Assembly: GCA_048881705.1 (NCBI GenBank)
Contig: JBHLSH010000019.1
Location: 1 to 48,553, forward strand
Length of the DNA: 48,553 nt
Direction: 5' to 3'
Source of the DNA: Candidatus Heimdallarchaeota archaeon
GTDB lineage: Archaea > Asgardarchaeota > Heimdallarchaeia > Hodarchaeales > Hodarchaeaceae
This document shows positions 19,267 through 28,733 of the stretch, piece after piece. Within the stretch, counting starts at the first letter, position 1, and each line of letters starts with the position of its first letter. The position numbers and the translations under genes were made by a program. The notes beneath the pieces are model-generated. The model was not told the origin of the DNA. It worked only from the letters and a program-made list of their open reading frames with translations, and did no database searches.

Positions 19267-20934
19267 TCACCTTGATGAAACCAGCATTTCAAACGCCCCA
19301 AGTCGTTTAATCACCCATTCTTGGTCAAGCGCGGCAAGAAATGGAGCCAACCGTGGACCTCGGGACGTTCCGAGAAAAATATGATAAAGGATTCTGAAAA
19401 ATTGTTGCATTTCTTTTCTGGAGAGGTTTTTTCCATCACGAATATCAACCATGCATTTCTTGATCTCCTCCTCGGTCCACCTGATCTTAGACAGTTTTGT
19501 ATCTAGTTCCGTCACAAGCTCATAATATCGATGATTGAGGTCTTCGGATAACCGAGTGGGGGGTTTCTCAGTGATTTCGAAACGTAAGGATTGAGGAGCG
19601 TGATCAAGAGCCCATTGTCGCGCTTGAGCAAGTCGTGATGAGATGTAGGATCTTGCGTTTTGATCTGGGCGTTTTGACAAGATTTCTGCAGTTAGAAGCT
19701 TTTGAACCGCTTGGTCCACTCCAGTTTCATCTGGCCCCACAATTTGTGCTAAGATTACTGAATGATTAAAGTCCAATTGAAACTCCCGATATTCGGGAAC
19801 TTCATTGTAAAATACAATTTCGAAACTTCTAACAACAGTGTGACGTTCTGAAGGGTCGTCCAAGTTTTCCCGTCCTGAATAGATCCTTTCAGCGCGATCA
19901 TAGTCCGCAATGTAGTAAGGAATTTTATCAAATCCTAAAACAATTCGTCTTCGTGGAGGAGTTTTTAGATAAAGGTACTTAAGGACTTCTGGACTCGCAT
20001 ATTTGAGCCAGTCCTTGGGAGTGAAGCCGATAAATCCAGAACTCGTCATATCACCGTAGTCAGTTTTTCCTTCGGAATATCCGACCCATTCGTTCCAATA
20101 GCCATATGGACCTGGACGGCCGAGAACATTCCGAAGAACTTCAATACAGCTATCGCGTGATCCACCTACTGTTGCATGATCCTTCCCATAAGGTTCAAAG
20201 TGTACATCGAGCAAGTACCAAATCGTAGCCCATTCTAGGCGCCAGTTCAGTTTTCCCAGCTTCATATCCGACCATCCCTCCATATCGCAACCTTTGCAGG
20301 AATAACGGACTTCATAGGAAGAAAAGTTCACTTCGAGAGCGGTAGTTGTTCCAATTCGGTTGCAGTTAGAACATCTCGGATTGAATGGAATCCATCCCTC
20401 TGGAAACGGATTCTCCGGGCGATATTTGTTGAGTATCTCGCGTACTTGTTCCTTTTTCTCAATCAGCTCAAGAATTGCATCTTGCATTCGTTTTTCTTGG
20501 TAAAGCTCATGCGTTCGAACTATTTGGACATTTCGGCCGAAGAGAGGAAGCGGTTCACCAAAATCTTTCCAAAAAAAGTCCACCCAGGATGAATATTCTC
20601 CTGAAGGGTCAGGGACGTCTACGAGACGCCAATTAATGTATTGCTGGCCTTCCTGAGGATCTTTAAATGCATTAATTTGAGCAGGTTTCCCCTTCCACGG
20701 ATCTGATGTATATAGGATTAAGGAATGATTCGCAGTATAGCCAGCACGCTCCAATTCATTGACAACAGCGTTCGTTAAGACAATCTCTCCTCGTAATCGG
20801 CCAACGTGCTGTCTCCCTGATACAGAAATTCCACAATTGCAATTAAACTGTTTGATATCAGGCCAGTGGTTGATTATTTTGCTTGTCAATTCATCTATCC
20901 AATGGATCGGGGTTGGTTTTGATGTTTCTGACAT
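19267..20934 (-). CDS. lysS: Class I lysyl-tRNA synthetase
   Basis: N-terminal HWIDE..., SVSGRQHVGRLRGE (HIGH-like), CxxC pairs, GKLNWRLEW, EPYGKDHAT, DMTSSG (KMSKS-like) and C-terminal GPRLAPFL. Confidence 0.95.
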   Translation of the reverse strand: MSETSKPTPIHWIDELTSKIINHWPDIKQFNCNCGISVSGRQHVGRLRGEIVLTNAVVNELERAGYTANHSLILYTSDPWKGKPAQINAFKDPQEGQQYINWRLVDVPDPSGEYSSWVDFFWKDFGEPLPLFGRNVQIVRTHELYQEKRMQDAILELIEKKEQVREILNKYRPENPFPEGWIPFNPRCSNCNRIGTTTALEVNFSSYEVRYSCKGCDMEGWSDMKLGKLNWRLEWATIWYLLDVHFEPYGKDHATVGGSRDSCIEVLRNVLGRPGPYGYWNEWVGYSEGKTDYGDMTSSGFIGFTPKDWLKYASPEVLKYLYLKTPPRRRIVLGFDKIPYYIADYDRAERIYSGRENLDDPSERHTVVRSFEIVFYNEVPEYREFQLDFNHSVILAQIVGPDETGVDQAVQKLLTAEILSKRPDQNARSYISSRLAQARQWALDHAPQSLRFEITEKPPTRLSEDLNHRYYELVTELDTKLSKIRWTEEEIKKCMVDIRDGKNLSRKEMQQFFRILYHIFLGTSRGPRLAPFLAALDQEWVIKRLGAFEMLVSSR

Positions 20935-21062
20935 CTAATTGGAACGCTCTACTATTGCTTCTGCGGTTCTTGCCTTTGTTTTGACCTTTAAATGGTTACT
21001 TTGAGAAAACGTCCAGAACATATCGATCTTGCGCAATAATGCGGGAAATCTATAATTCAAGC

Positions 21063-21089
21063 AAAAAATGGGTGGCCAAATACCCATTT
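21063..21089 (-). terminator. Putative hairpin + U-tract terminator downstream of the longin-like gene
   Basis: 8-bp inverted repeat AAATGGGT (21066-21073)/ACCCATTT (21082-21089), ending in T6 on the minus strand. It lies upstream of a TTTAAA box that could serve lysS. Confidence 0.4.
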
Positions 21090-21313
21090 AACCCCCTATC
21101 TCACTCATGCTTATGGATGTCCCTATTCTGCCCAGTATTAAAATCGTCGCAAATTTCAGAAAATATTCTCCATATCAATAGACGATTGCTCAAGTCTGGG
21201 AATCTTCAGGAGTTTGTTCCTGTATCTCTGAAGCATTCAGAACTAGGATGAAAAACGTATTCTCTTGGGTAATAAGGTGAATTAAACTCCAAAAGCGACC
21301 CAGTCATTCTCGT

Positions 21314-22075
21314 TCACCCTTCCTTGAAGTTTTTAGTAATCTCCGTAATCCGTAAATGAGCTAGATCTAAATCCTTCTTTTCTACAAAAATCACTATTGC
21401 ATATGGGAAAACATTCCATAGCAAAGCGTAAAATTCTCCAGATAATCCAAGCTGAAGATTGTCAATGGGAAATTGTGTTCGATTAGAAAGGTCTAGGACT
21501 TGCTTTATAGTTGCTGCAACTTCATCTCCCACAGAAGTTAGACGATCACTCGTTAAATGTGTGTAAATCTGACTCATTTCGGGTCTAGAATAGATGAGCA
21601 TATCATCAAAGAAGTAATCACTCTGAGAATGAAGGATCTCCAATAATTTTTCCAGTTTTTCTGTATCCAGTCTTATAAGTGATTCAAAAGCTTGATTGCA
21701 CTCCCTTGTGAACTCGAACTGTTTGGGGTCTACAACTCCATCCCATGATTTATCAGCTAACGCCTCACCAAATTTTTTTTCAAAGCTGTTAACCAAGTCA
21801 ACAATAAATTTCTCATAAACTGGCCCCGTCTGGTATGTAAAAAAGACACCATAGGTGTGTTTTCCCTCTGCAACAATTGCCACATATTGTCCATATTTAA
21901 CGTGGCGTGTCGATTGGACTTGATCCCCAAATGTGTCTTCCATTACTTGCATGATCGATGTAATAATTCCTCCACGGATTTCTGGGTGAAAAAGCATATG
22001 AGGGCGAAATTCATAAGAAAACAAGGGTAATCCTGACCCCTTATCCATGATTTCAACACCAATCAGCACGATCAC
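21314..22075 (-). CDS. Longin-like domain protein with second roadblock/profilin-like domain
   Basis: N-terminal pattern LIGVEIMDKGSGLPLFSY...IRGGIITSI...VKYGQYVAIVAEG...FIVDLVNSFEKKF fits longin beta-beta-alpha-beta-beta-beta-alpha. The second half has a roadblock-like pattern. Confidence 0.7.
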   Translation of the reverse strand: MIVLIGVEIMDKGSGLPLFSYEFRPHMLFHPEIRGGIITSIMQVMEDTFGDQVQSTRHVKYGQYVAIVAEGKHTYGVFFTYQTGPVYEKFIVDLVNSFEKKFGEALADKSWDGVVDPKQFEFTRECNQAFESLIRLDTEKLEKLLEILHSQSDYFFDDMLIYSRPEMSQIYTHLTSDRLTSVGDEVAATIKQVLDLSNRTQFPIDNLQLGLSGEFYALLWNVFPYAIVIFVEKKDLDLAHLRITEITKNFKEG

Positions 22076-22296
22076 CTTGGGGGAGATGGATCTTCCATGG
22101 GATGATGGAGAAATTAATTTCTACTCTTCAGATGTTTATTCAATAGCACAACATATGGATGAAACCCCTCTTGAAGAGCTTTTTCACTACGATAATTCTT
22201 TACCCAGTTTTTTGAGACGGTCGAAATCTTATTTACAAAGGAATAATGTTTCAATTGGCTTAACTATGAGCAGCAGGATGCTCCCCAATATTAGGA

Positions 22297-25032
22297 ATGA
22301 CTTTTAAAATGGTACAGAAATGGGTATATTTATTCCGAGAAGGGAATAAGGAACTCAGGGACTTACTTGGGGGAAAAGGGGCTAATATAGCTGAAATGAC
22401 AAATCTAGGGGTACCCGTACCCTTTGGTTTTACCATAACCACCAAAGCGTGTATTTACTATATGAAAAATGTCTCCTGGCCCGAAGGCTTGGAACATCAA
22501 ATCAGAGAGGCTCTAAAATCTCTAGAAAACGATGTAAGAATGAAATTCGGTTCTGAAACACGAGGAAATGGCAAAACATTGCTGGTTTCGGTAAGAAGTG
22601 GCGCGAAGTTCTCTATGCCAGGGATGATGGATACTATACTCGATCTAGGGATCAATGATATTATCGTGGAGAATATGAGCCATGAAACTGATCCTCGATT
22701 TGCCTGGGACTCATATCGTCGCTTTATCCAAATGTTCAGCAATGTGGCAATGAACATCCCTGGAAAGCTCTTTGATACAGCCCTTCAGAACATCAAAAAG
22801 GAAAATGATGTTAAATATGACTTTGAATTAGATACTGAACACCTCCGACGGTTGGTTGGCGTTTATAAAAAGATATATCGCGAAAATTTGGGCACTGACT
22901 TTCCCCAGGATCCCATGGAACAACTCAAATTGGCTATTACCAGCGTATTCAAGAGCTGGAATAATCCTCGAGCAATTGCTTACCGAGAACATGAAATGAT
23001 ACCAGACGACCTCGGAACCGCGGTTAATGTTCAGATGATGGTCTATGGCAACCTAGGAGACGATTCTGGAACGGGAGTATTATTTACAAGAAATCCATCC
23101 AGTGGTTCGGACGAAATCTATGGGGAATACTTGGTCAATGCGCAAGGCGAGGACGTTGTTGCAGGAATTCGAACACCTGTTCCAATCAGGCACCTTCAAA
23201 GGCAATTTCCTGAAATTTATTCCCAGCTTTACGATACTGTGAAGATGTTAGAGCGGCATTATGCTGACATGCAAGACGTTGAATTTACAATAATGGATGG
23301 GAAACTCTTCCTGCTCCAGACGCGCAATGGTAAGCGAACGGGAGTTGCTGCAGTAAAGATCGCTCATGATATGGCGGAGGAAGGCCTTATCTCTCAGGAT
23401 GATGCTCTTCTACGCGTTACTCCACGCGATGTCGAAAATTGTATGTTTCCAAGGATCAATTGGATATCCGAAAAGCATGGCCTCCAGTTAGTGAAAGAAA
23501 ATGGAGACGAAAGACGTGAAACACTAACTCTACTAGGAAGAGGTCTTGCAGCTGGACCTGGGGCAGCTACCGGGTACGCGATTTTTGATAGTGACCGAGC
23601 AGAGCAATATAAAAAGGAAAATCCTACACGTTCGGTCATTTTAGTGCGCGAGGAGACTAGTCCTGAAGATTTTCATGGTATGGTGGCTAGTGACGGTATC
23701 CTGACCATTCGTGGTGGGATTACAAGTCACGCAGCGATCGTATCTAGGCAGATAGGTAAACGCTGCATAGTGGGAGCTGAACTTTCCGGACTCACAGTTT
23801 TTGAAGAAGCGGGTGTCCCCGTACTCGCATCCAAAGAACATTCAATTAGGGAAGGAGAGTGGATAACATTGGACGCCTTTGAAGGGAAGATCTATTCAGG
23901 CAAGGGAGCAATTATCATTCCTAGTGATCTTCCGCCTGAACTAGTTAAGATTCTGGATTGGGCCGATTCGCGGGCCAAGATTGGTGTACGGACAAATGCT
24001 GATAAGGCTGAAGACACAGCAATCGCTATGAAGTTCAAGGCACAAGGTATTGGATTGGCCCGAACCGAACACCAGTTTTTTGAAAAAAATCGGCTGCCAA
24101 TAGTCCGTGAGATGATCCTGGCCAATACCCTCAAAGAACGGCAGAGTAAACTTGACCTTCTAATTGGATTTCAAAGATCAGATTTCGAAAACCTTTTTCG
24201 GGCAGCAGAGGGGAAACCTGTTACCATTCGGCTTATTGACCCCCCGTTACATGAGTTTTTACCCGATCCAAATAAACTCGAATTAGATCTTTTGAAGGGA
24301 GAAATTCAGCCTAGCGATGTAGAGGCTGTCAAAAAACTGCTCCCTCGGCTTCGAGAGTTCGAAGAAGCAAATCCAATGATGGGATTTCGAGGAGTTAGGC
24401 TTTCTATTGTTTACCCCGAAATCATCGTGATGCAGGCCAAGGCAATTATCGAGGGAGCGATAAATGTTAAACAAGAAGGAATGGATGTTCTACCCGAAAT
24501 CATGGTACCTTTGCTTATTACAGGTCGTGAATTTACTTTTGTCAGAGAAATCATTGACAAAACAATCAAAGAAGTATTTGAACAGAAAGGAGTGGTCATT
24601 CCTTATAAACTTGGTACAATGATTGAAACTCCCAGGGCGGCTCTCACTGCCGCTCGTATTGCAACACGGGGAGCTGAATTTCTTTCATTTGGTACAAACG
24701 ATCTTCACCAAATGACCTTAGGCTTCTCGCGTGACGATGTCGCCAAGTTCCTTCCTCTTTATATTGAAAAAAGACTTCTCGATACAGATCCATTCATAGA
24801 AATTGATTTCAAGGGCGTGGGGCGTCTAATGGAATTATGTGTCAAAGAAGCTAGAGAAGTCAACCCTTTGATCAAGATTGGCATATGCGGGGAACAAGGG
24901 GGAGATCCCAAGAGTATTGATTTTTGTTATAAACTCGGAATGGATTATGTCTCTTGTTCGCCTTTTCGGGTTCCGGTTGCACGACTTGCAGCCGCCCAGA
25001 CCTCACTCCGAAACTCGCGCGCCGCAGCCTGA
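22297..25032 (+). CDS. ppdK: Pyruvate, phosphate dikinase
   Basis: LLGGKGANIAEM, LLVSVRSGAKFSMPGMMDT, GEDVVAG, phospho-His GITSHAAIV, GIGLARTEH, FSFGTNDL and GICGEQGGDP. Confidence 0.97.
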   Translation: MTFKMVQKWVYLFREGNKELRDLLGGKGANIAEMTNLGVPVPFGFTITTKACIYYMKNVSWPEGLEHQIREALKSLENDVRMKFGSETRGNGKTLLVSVRSGAKFSMPGMMDTILDLGINDIIVENMSHETDPRFAWDSYRRFIQMFSNVAMNIPGKLFDTALQNIKKENDVKYDFELDTEHLRRLVGVYKKIYRENLGTDFPQDPMEQLKLAITSVFKSWNNPRAIAYREHEMIPDDLGTAVNVQMMVYGNLGDDSGTGVLFTRNPSSGSDEIYGEYLVNAQGEDVVAGIRTPVPIRHLQRQFPEIYSQLYDTVKMLERHYADMQDVEFTIMDGKLFLLQTRNGKRTGVAAVKIAHDMAEEGLISQDDALLRVTPRDVENCMFPRINWISEKHGLQLVKENGDERRETLTLLGRGLAAGPGAATGYAIFDSDRAEQYKKENPTRSVILVREETSPEDFHGMVASDGILTIRGGITSHAAIVSRQIGKRCIVGAELSGLTVFEEAGVPVLASKEHSIREGEWITLDAFEGKIYSGKGAIIIPSDLPPELVKILDWADSRAKIGVRTNADKAEDTAIAMKFKAQGIGLARTEHQFFEKNRLPIVREMILANTLKERQSKLDLLIGFQRSDFENLFRAAEGKPVTIRLIDPPLHEFLPDPNKLELDLLKGEIQPSDVEAVKKLLPRLREFEEANPMMGFRGVRLSIVYPEIIVMQAKAIIEGAINVKQEGMDVLPEIMVPLLITGREFTFVREIIDKTIKEVFEQKGVVIPYKLGTMIETPRAALTAARIATRGAEFLSFGTNDLHQMTLGFSRDDVAKFLPLYIEKRLLDTDPFIEIDFKGVGRLMELCVKEAREVNPLIKIGICGEQGGDPKSIDFCYKLGMDYVSCSPFRVPVARLAAAQTSLRNSRAAA

Positions 25033-25045
25033 TAGAGGGATCCAC

Positions 25046-26350
25046 TTAAACCTGTTTTTTTCTCTTTTGTTTCCTGATAGTTAAAATTACCAGAACGGGG
25101 ACTATCATGAAAGATAAAAAACTGGTAATATTTGGCATACTAGTTGTTGTAGTAAGAATGGTAGCTGAAGAGTTCTTAGGGGCCGTTAACTTATAGATTC
25201 GACCATCAGAAGAACAAACATAGATTTCCTTTGCATTATCTATTCCAAATGAAAGAATATCCAAATTGGAATCAATTAGAAGGGTATTTACGGCGTTTAT
25301 TCCATCATATTCCAGCGCCCAGATTTTTCCTGACCCGTAATCTCCATAAACATATTTTCCAACGATTTCAGAGAGTGAATTCCCAGTATAGACAAATCCC
25401 CCAATGATGGTTGTTCCTTCAGATCGGCCATAGTCCCAGATTGGCAAGGTTAAACCAGTCTGATTACAGCCGCTTGCTGGATTGTAGCAAGAAAATCCTT
25501 CCATGATGCTCCAACCGAAGTTTTGACCTTTTTTTGTGATAAGACTGATTTCTTCTCTAGTGTTTTGGCCAACATCTCCGACCCAGACGGTACCGCTCTG
25601 ATCAAAGCTAAATCGCCAAGGATTTCTGAAACCCCAAGCATAAATCTCCTCTCTGTACCCTTGGGTATTTCCGATAAATGGGTTATCAGCAGGAATGTCA
25701 TAAGGGAGGCCATTTTTCTGATGATTGACATCGATTCTTAGCATGCTTCCTAATAACGTGGCCCGGTTTTGTCCATGGTTTAAAGGGTCTCCTCCGCTTC
25801 CGCCATCGCCAAGACCTATGTATAGGAATCCATCGGCTGGATTAAAGGCTATTTGACCTCCATTATGATTTGCATAGGGCTGATCGATCTCGATAGTAAT
25901 TTCTTCACTTGTAATATCTACAGATAGCGGGTTGTTTAAATCGACCGTGAAGCGCGAGATAACCGTTCTGCGAGGATTACTCGCCATATAGTTAATATAG
26001 AAATATCCATTTTCGAAATAGTTTGGATGAAATGCTAGTCCCAGGAGACCCTGTTCCCCTCCGTATAGAACTTTTTCGGTAACGTCAAGAAACGGCTCCT
26101 TGGTAACCACCCCTGGAGTATTTTCAAATGAAAAGATGTTTCCCGCTTGCTCCACCACAAACAATCTGCTACTTGAATTTCCAGGGGAGTAGATGCCAAC
26201 TGGGTTTTTGAAAGTTAGATTGGGAAAAGCGTTCTCTAAGGAATAGCTGCCTGTAGTTGAGGAATCTATGGGAAGACGAAATTCATAAAATACAAACACG
26301 ATGGTAAACATTGAGAGTACGCCAATAATCAGTATGGATTGATTATTCAA
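25046..26350 (-). CDS. PQQ-dependent sugar dehydrogenase (glucose/sorbosone dehydrogenase family), membrane-anchored
   Basis: GEQGLLGLAFHP, NHNGGQIAF, GDGGSGGDP, LLGSMLRID, WGFRNPWRF and GDVGQ motifs, plus N- and C-terminal hydrophobic helices. The start is uncertain: TTG at 26350 is preferred, and the ORF is open to 26518. Confidence 0.88.
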   Translation of the reverse strand: MNNQSILIIGVLSMFTIVFVFYEFRLPIDSSTTGSYSLENAFPNLTFKNPVGIYSPGNSSSRLFVVEQAGNIFSFENTPGVVTKEPFLDVTEKVLYGGEQGLLGLAFHPNYFENGYFYINYMASNPRRTVISRFTVDLNNPLSVDITSEEITIEIDQPYANHNGGQIAFNPADGFLYIGLGDGGSGGDPLNHGQNRATLLGSMLRIDVNHQKNGLPYDIPADNPFIGNTQGYREEIYAWGFRNPWRFSFDQSGTVWVGDVGQNTREEISLITKKGQNFGWSIMEGFSCYNPASGCNQTGLTLPIWDYGRSEGTTIIGGFVYTGNSLSEIVGKYVYGDYGSGKIWALEYDGINAVNTLLIDSNLDILSFGIDNAKEIYVCSSDGRIYKLTAPKNSSATILTTTTSMPNITSFLSFMIVPVLVILTIRKQKRKKQV

Positions 26351-26538
26351 TAAAATCTCTCTGAAATCTCTTAGATCATAATTGCTCAATTCTATTGAAT
26401 TTGAGCGTTGTTGAATCCAGATGCCATGATAAAACGGGCATAAAGCGGTAAGGCCCTTGCCTAATTGGGTCTGGAATATGATAATTAAAGGGTTACACTC
26501 AGGTTTCTCAGACGTCAAAAACCTTAAGGTGATTCAAA

Positions 26539-27210
26539 ATGAGTTTTTCTAAAGAGGAATTTGCGAAGTTCATAGATCATTCAGTTCTACGGCCAACTAC
26601 AGGTGAGAAAGACATAATACGGGTGGCACAGGAAACAAAAGACTGGAATTTTGCCTCCATGACAGTTAATCCAGTTTGGGTAAAACAAACAGCACACGAA
26701 CTTAAAAACACTGGAATTGATGTAACCGCTTGTATTTCTTTTCCATTTGGGGCTTTACCTCCAGATCAAAAGGCATATGAGGCACGAGAAGCTGTTAAGA
26801 ACGGGGCCACAGAGATTGATATGGTCGCGAATATTGGGGCAATCTTGGACAAAGATTGGGCCAGGGTCATCCAAGATATCACTGCTGTGGTTGAAAGTGT
26901 CCCGAACATTCCAGTAAAGGTAATCATTGAGACAGCCTATCTGACTGATGTACTGAAAAAGGAAGCAGCCATATGTGTAGTAGAGGCAGGGGCCGCTTTT
27001 GTTAAAACTAGTACTGGTTTTTCTCCTATCGGGGCCACAGTTCATGATATTAAGCTTCTAGCTAGGACAGTTAATGATAAAGTAAAAATAAAGGCCGCAG
27101 GAGGTATTCGTCACTTTGAAGATGCTGTCAGCATGATCAAAGCGGGAGCAAGTCGTATTGGAGCTAGTTCATCCATTCAAATCATGTTGGAGGCAGGATA
27201 CACACTTTGA
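26539..27210 (+). CDS. deoC: Deoxyribose-phosphate aldolase
   Basis: IDHSVLRP, GATEIDMV, VKVIIET, Schiff-base FVKTSTGF, IKAAGGIR and GASRIGASS. GGTGA SD. Confidence 0.96.
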   Translation: MSFSKEEFAKFIDHSVLRPTTGEKDIIRVAQETKDWNFASMTVNPVWVKQTAHELKNTGIDVTACISFPFGALPPDQKAYEAREAVKNGATEIDMVANIGAILDKDWARVIQDITAVVESVPNIPVKVIIETAYLTDVLKKEAAICVVEAGAAFVKTSTGFSPIGATVHDIKLLARTVNDKVKIKAAGGIRHFEDAVSMIKAGASRIGASSSIQIMLEAGYTL

Positions 27211-27340
27211 TCCGAGAAGTGCATATTGCGAATACTAAATTGGGCGAGTGTTGTTTCTGGCTTCTTAATCACCACTGAACCAAAGGTTCTTTAGATTCGA
27301 ATTATATTATAGCATAATCTTCAAAAGGACTGATTTTCAT

Positions 27341-28159
27341 ATGGTATCGATCCTCGATGTTATCCTATCCTACTTCCTCTATTTTTTACCTACGCTAGCA
27401 TTATCATCCCTCGTGGTAATCATAGGCCTACTGATCTATGTCCTAGGTAAACGAAAAAACCTCCGAATTATGGATATCTCTATTGGCCAGATCGAGCAGA
27501 AATCGAAAAACTGGGTAACCGAGTTTCAGCTCGATGAATTCAGTACTATTGGACGTACATATCGGACTGAGCTCCAACCCAATCTCGCCGTGAAAAACCT
27601 CCGAATTCATTTTACGATGGTTCAAAGACATTTACTTATGAGTAAGATCGGTTCTCTGTTGCGAAGACGAAAAGATTACCTGTTAGTCGAAGCTGACCCA
27701 CAAGATAAAATCGTACATCGCTACCAGATCGAAATTTTGAATCGTAATGACGAAGGTCGTATCAAAGCGTTGGTAGACATGCTCGGAATGCTGGTGGATA
27801 TCAGTTCTCGAAATCCAACAATCGATGAAAACTTTATTATCAGAGTAAACGATCGAGAATTCTTTCAAACCATCTTTGAGAGCAATCCAAACTTGCTAAA
27901 AATCATTTATTCTATCCGAGAGAATCTTGTACGAGTCTCTCTCTATCCTCTTGCGACGCCCTCAATTCGAATCGTTACAGAGCTTAATGAACGTACACAA
28001 CCATCACTTTCTCTTCGCTTACTACTTGAATTAGTTACAGAAATAACAAGACTAGGCAAGAAAGGATTTTATATGAAACAGCAAGTACCTCGTGTTACCA
28101 AAGATCCAACTATTAAGGAAGAGAAACCACGATTCCCAGGGGAACGAAGAAGGCGATAA
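27341..28159 (+). CDS. CCDC47/DUF1682-like (PAT-complex subunit-like) single-pass membrane protein
   Basis: N-terminal TM followed by [12 protein letters not shown] and [26 protein letters not shown]. These match the CCDC47 segments [12 protein letters not shown] and [26 protein letters not shown] as recalled from memory. Confidence 0.65.
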   Translation: [272 protein letters not shown]

Positions 28160-28171
28160 GGATCGTAATAA

Positions 28172-28723
28172 CTACTGGTGCGACTTAGACTCCGCTCGAA
28201 TGGTTTCGAGTTTTTTGGCTATCTGCCGACGAAGATCAAACACATCTATATCTTTAGAAAAACGGTAAATTGGCAAATCTATATACTCTCCTTTAATATC
28301 CTCTTCATATAGTCGAATTAGAAAGCCCTTTACTCCAACAGTACCAGTAGAGATAGCTAAAGAAACCATTGAGAAATCTCGCCATCGATATTCATGAGTC
28401 TTTTTTCCAATAACGAAAGTGATTATCTCGTCTCCCAAAGTGAGACTCCGTCTCACATAACGCGTATAATAGAGATAACCAAGAGTTAAAGCTCCAAAAA
28501 TTAGAATTATTGGAGTAAAAAGATCAATCACAATGATTGTTTCGCCAGCAGATTGAGCTACATTCACACGGATCAAAACAAATCCAAGCGTTTCTATCGC
28601 AAGAATGGTAAGAACAATCCAGATAATGTTCCAAGTACCTCGGGTTTTAAGAACACTAGGAGAGATTTCTGGTTGTTTTTCTTCCAGATTTTCCATACGG
28701 TCACTTTCTTCCGCCATCCGCAT
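28172..28723 (-). CDS. Hypothetical membrane protein (2 TM + small beta-rich, PH-like cytoplasmic domain)
   Basis: Two hydrophobic helices followed by LTLGDEIITF...HEYRWRDF, a pattern typical of bPH-type domains. Confidence 0.7.
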   Translation of the reverse strand: MRMAEESDRMENLEEKQPEISPSVLKTRGTWNIIWIVLTILAIETLGFVLIRVNVAQSAGETIIVIDLFTPIILIFGALTLGYLYYTRYVRRSLTLGDEIITFVIGKKTHEYRWRDFSMVSLAISTGTVGVKGFLIRLYEEDIKGEYIDLPIYRFSKDIDVFDLRRQIAKKLETIRAESKSHQ

Positions 28724-28733
28724 CGTCTCCGTA

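Noticed and set aside
21063-21089. Hairpin upstream of lysS as a T-box-like attenuator
   Set aside because: No T-box or specifier motifs are visible, and a TATA-like box lies between it and lysS. It is better explained as the upstream gene's terminator.
21039-21251. 70-aa plus-strand ORF in the lysS/longin gap
   Set aside because: No motif, and it overlaps a terminator-like hairpin and the likely lysS promoter region.
22047-22307. 86-aa ORF bridging the longin gene and ppdK
   Set aside because: It occupies a divergent promoter region, overlaps both neighbours and has no motif.
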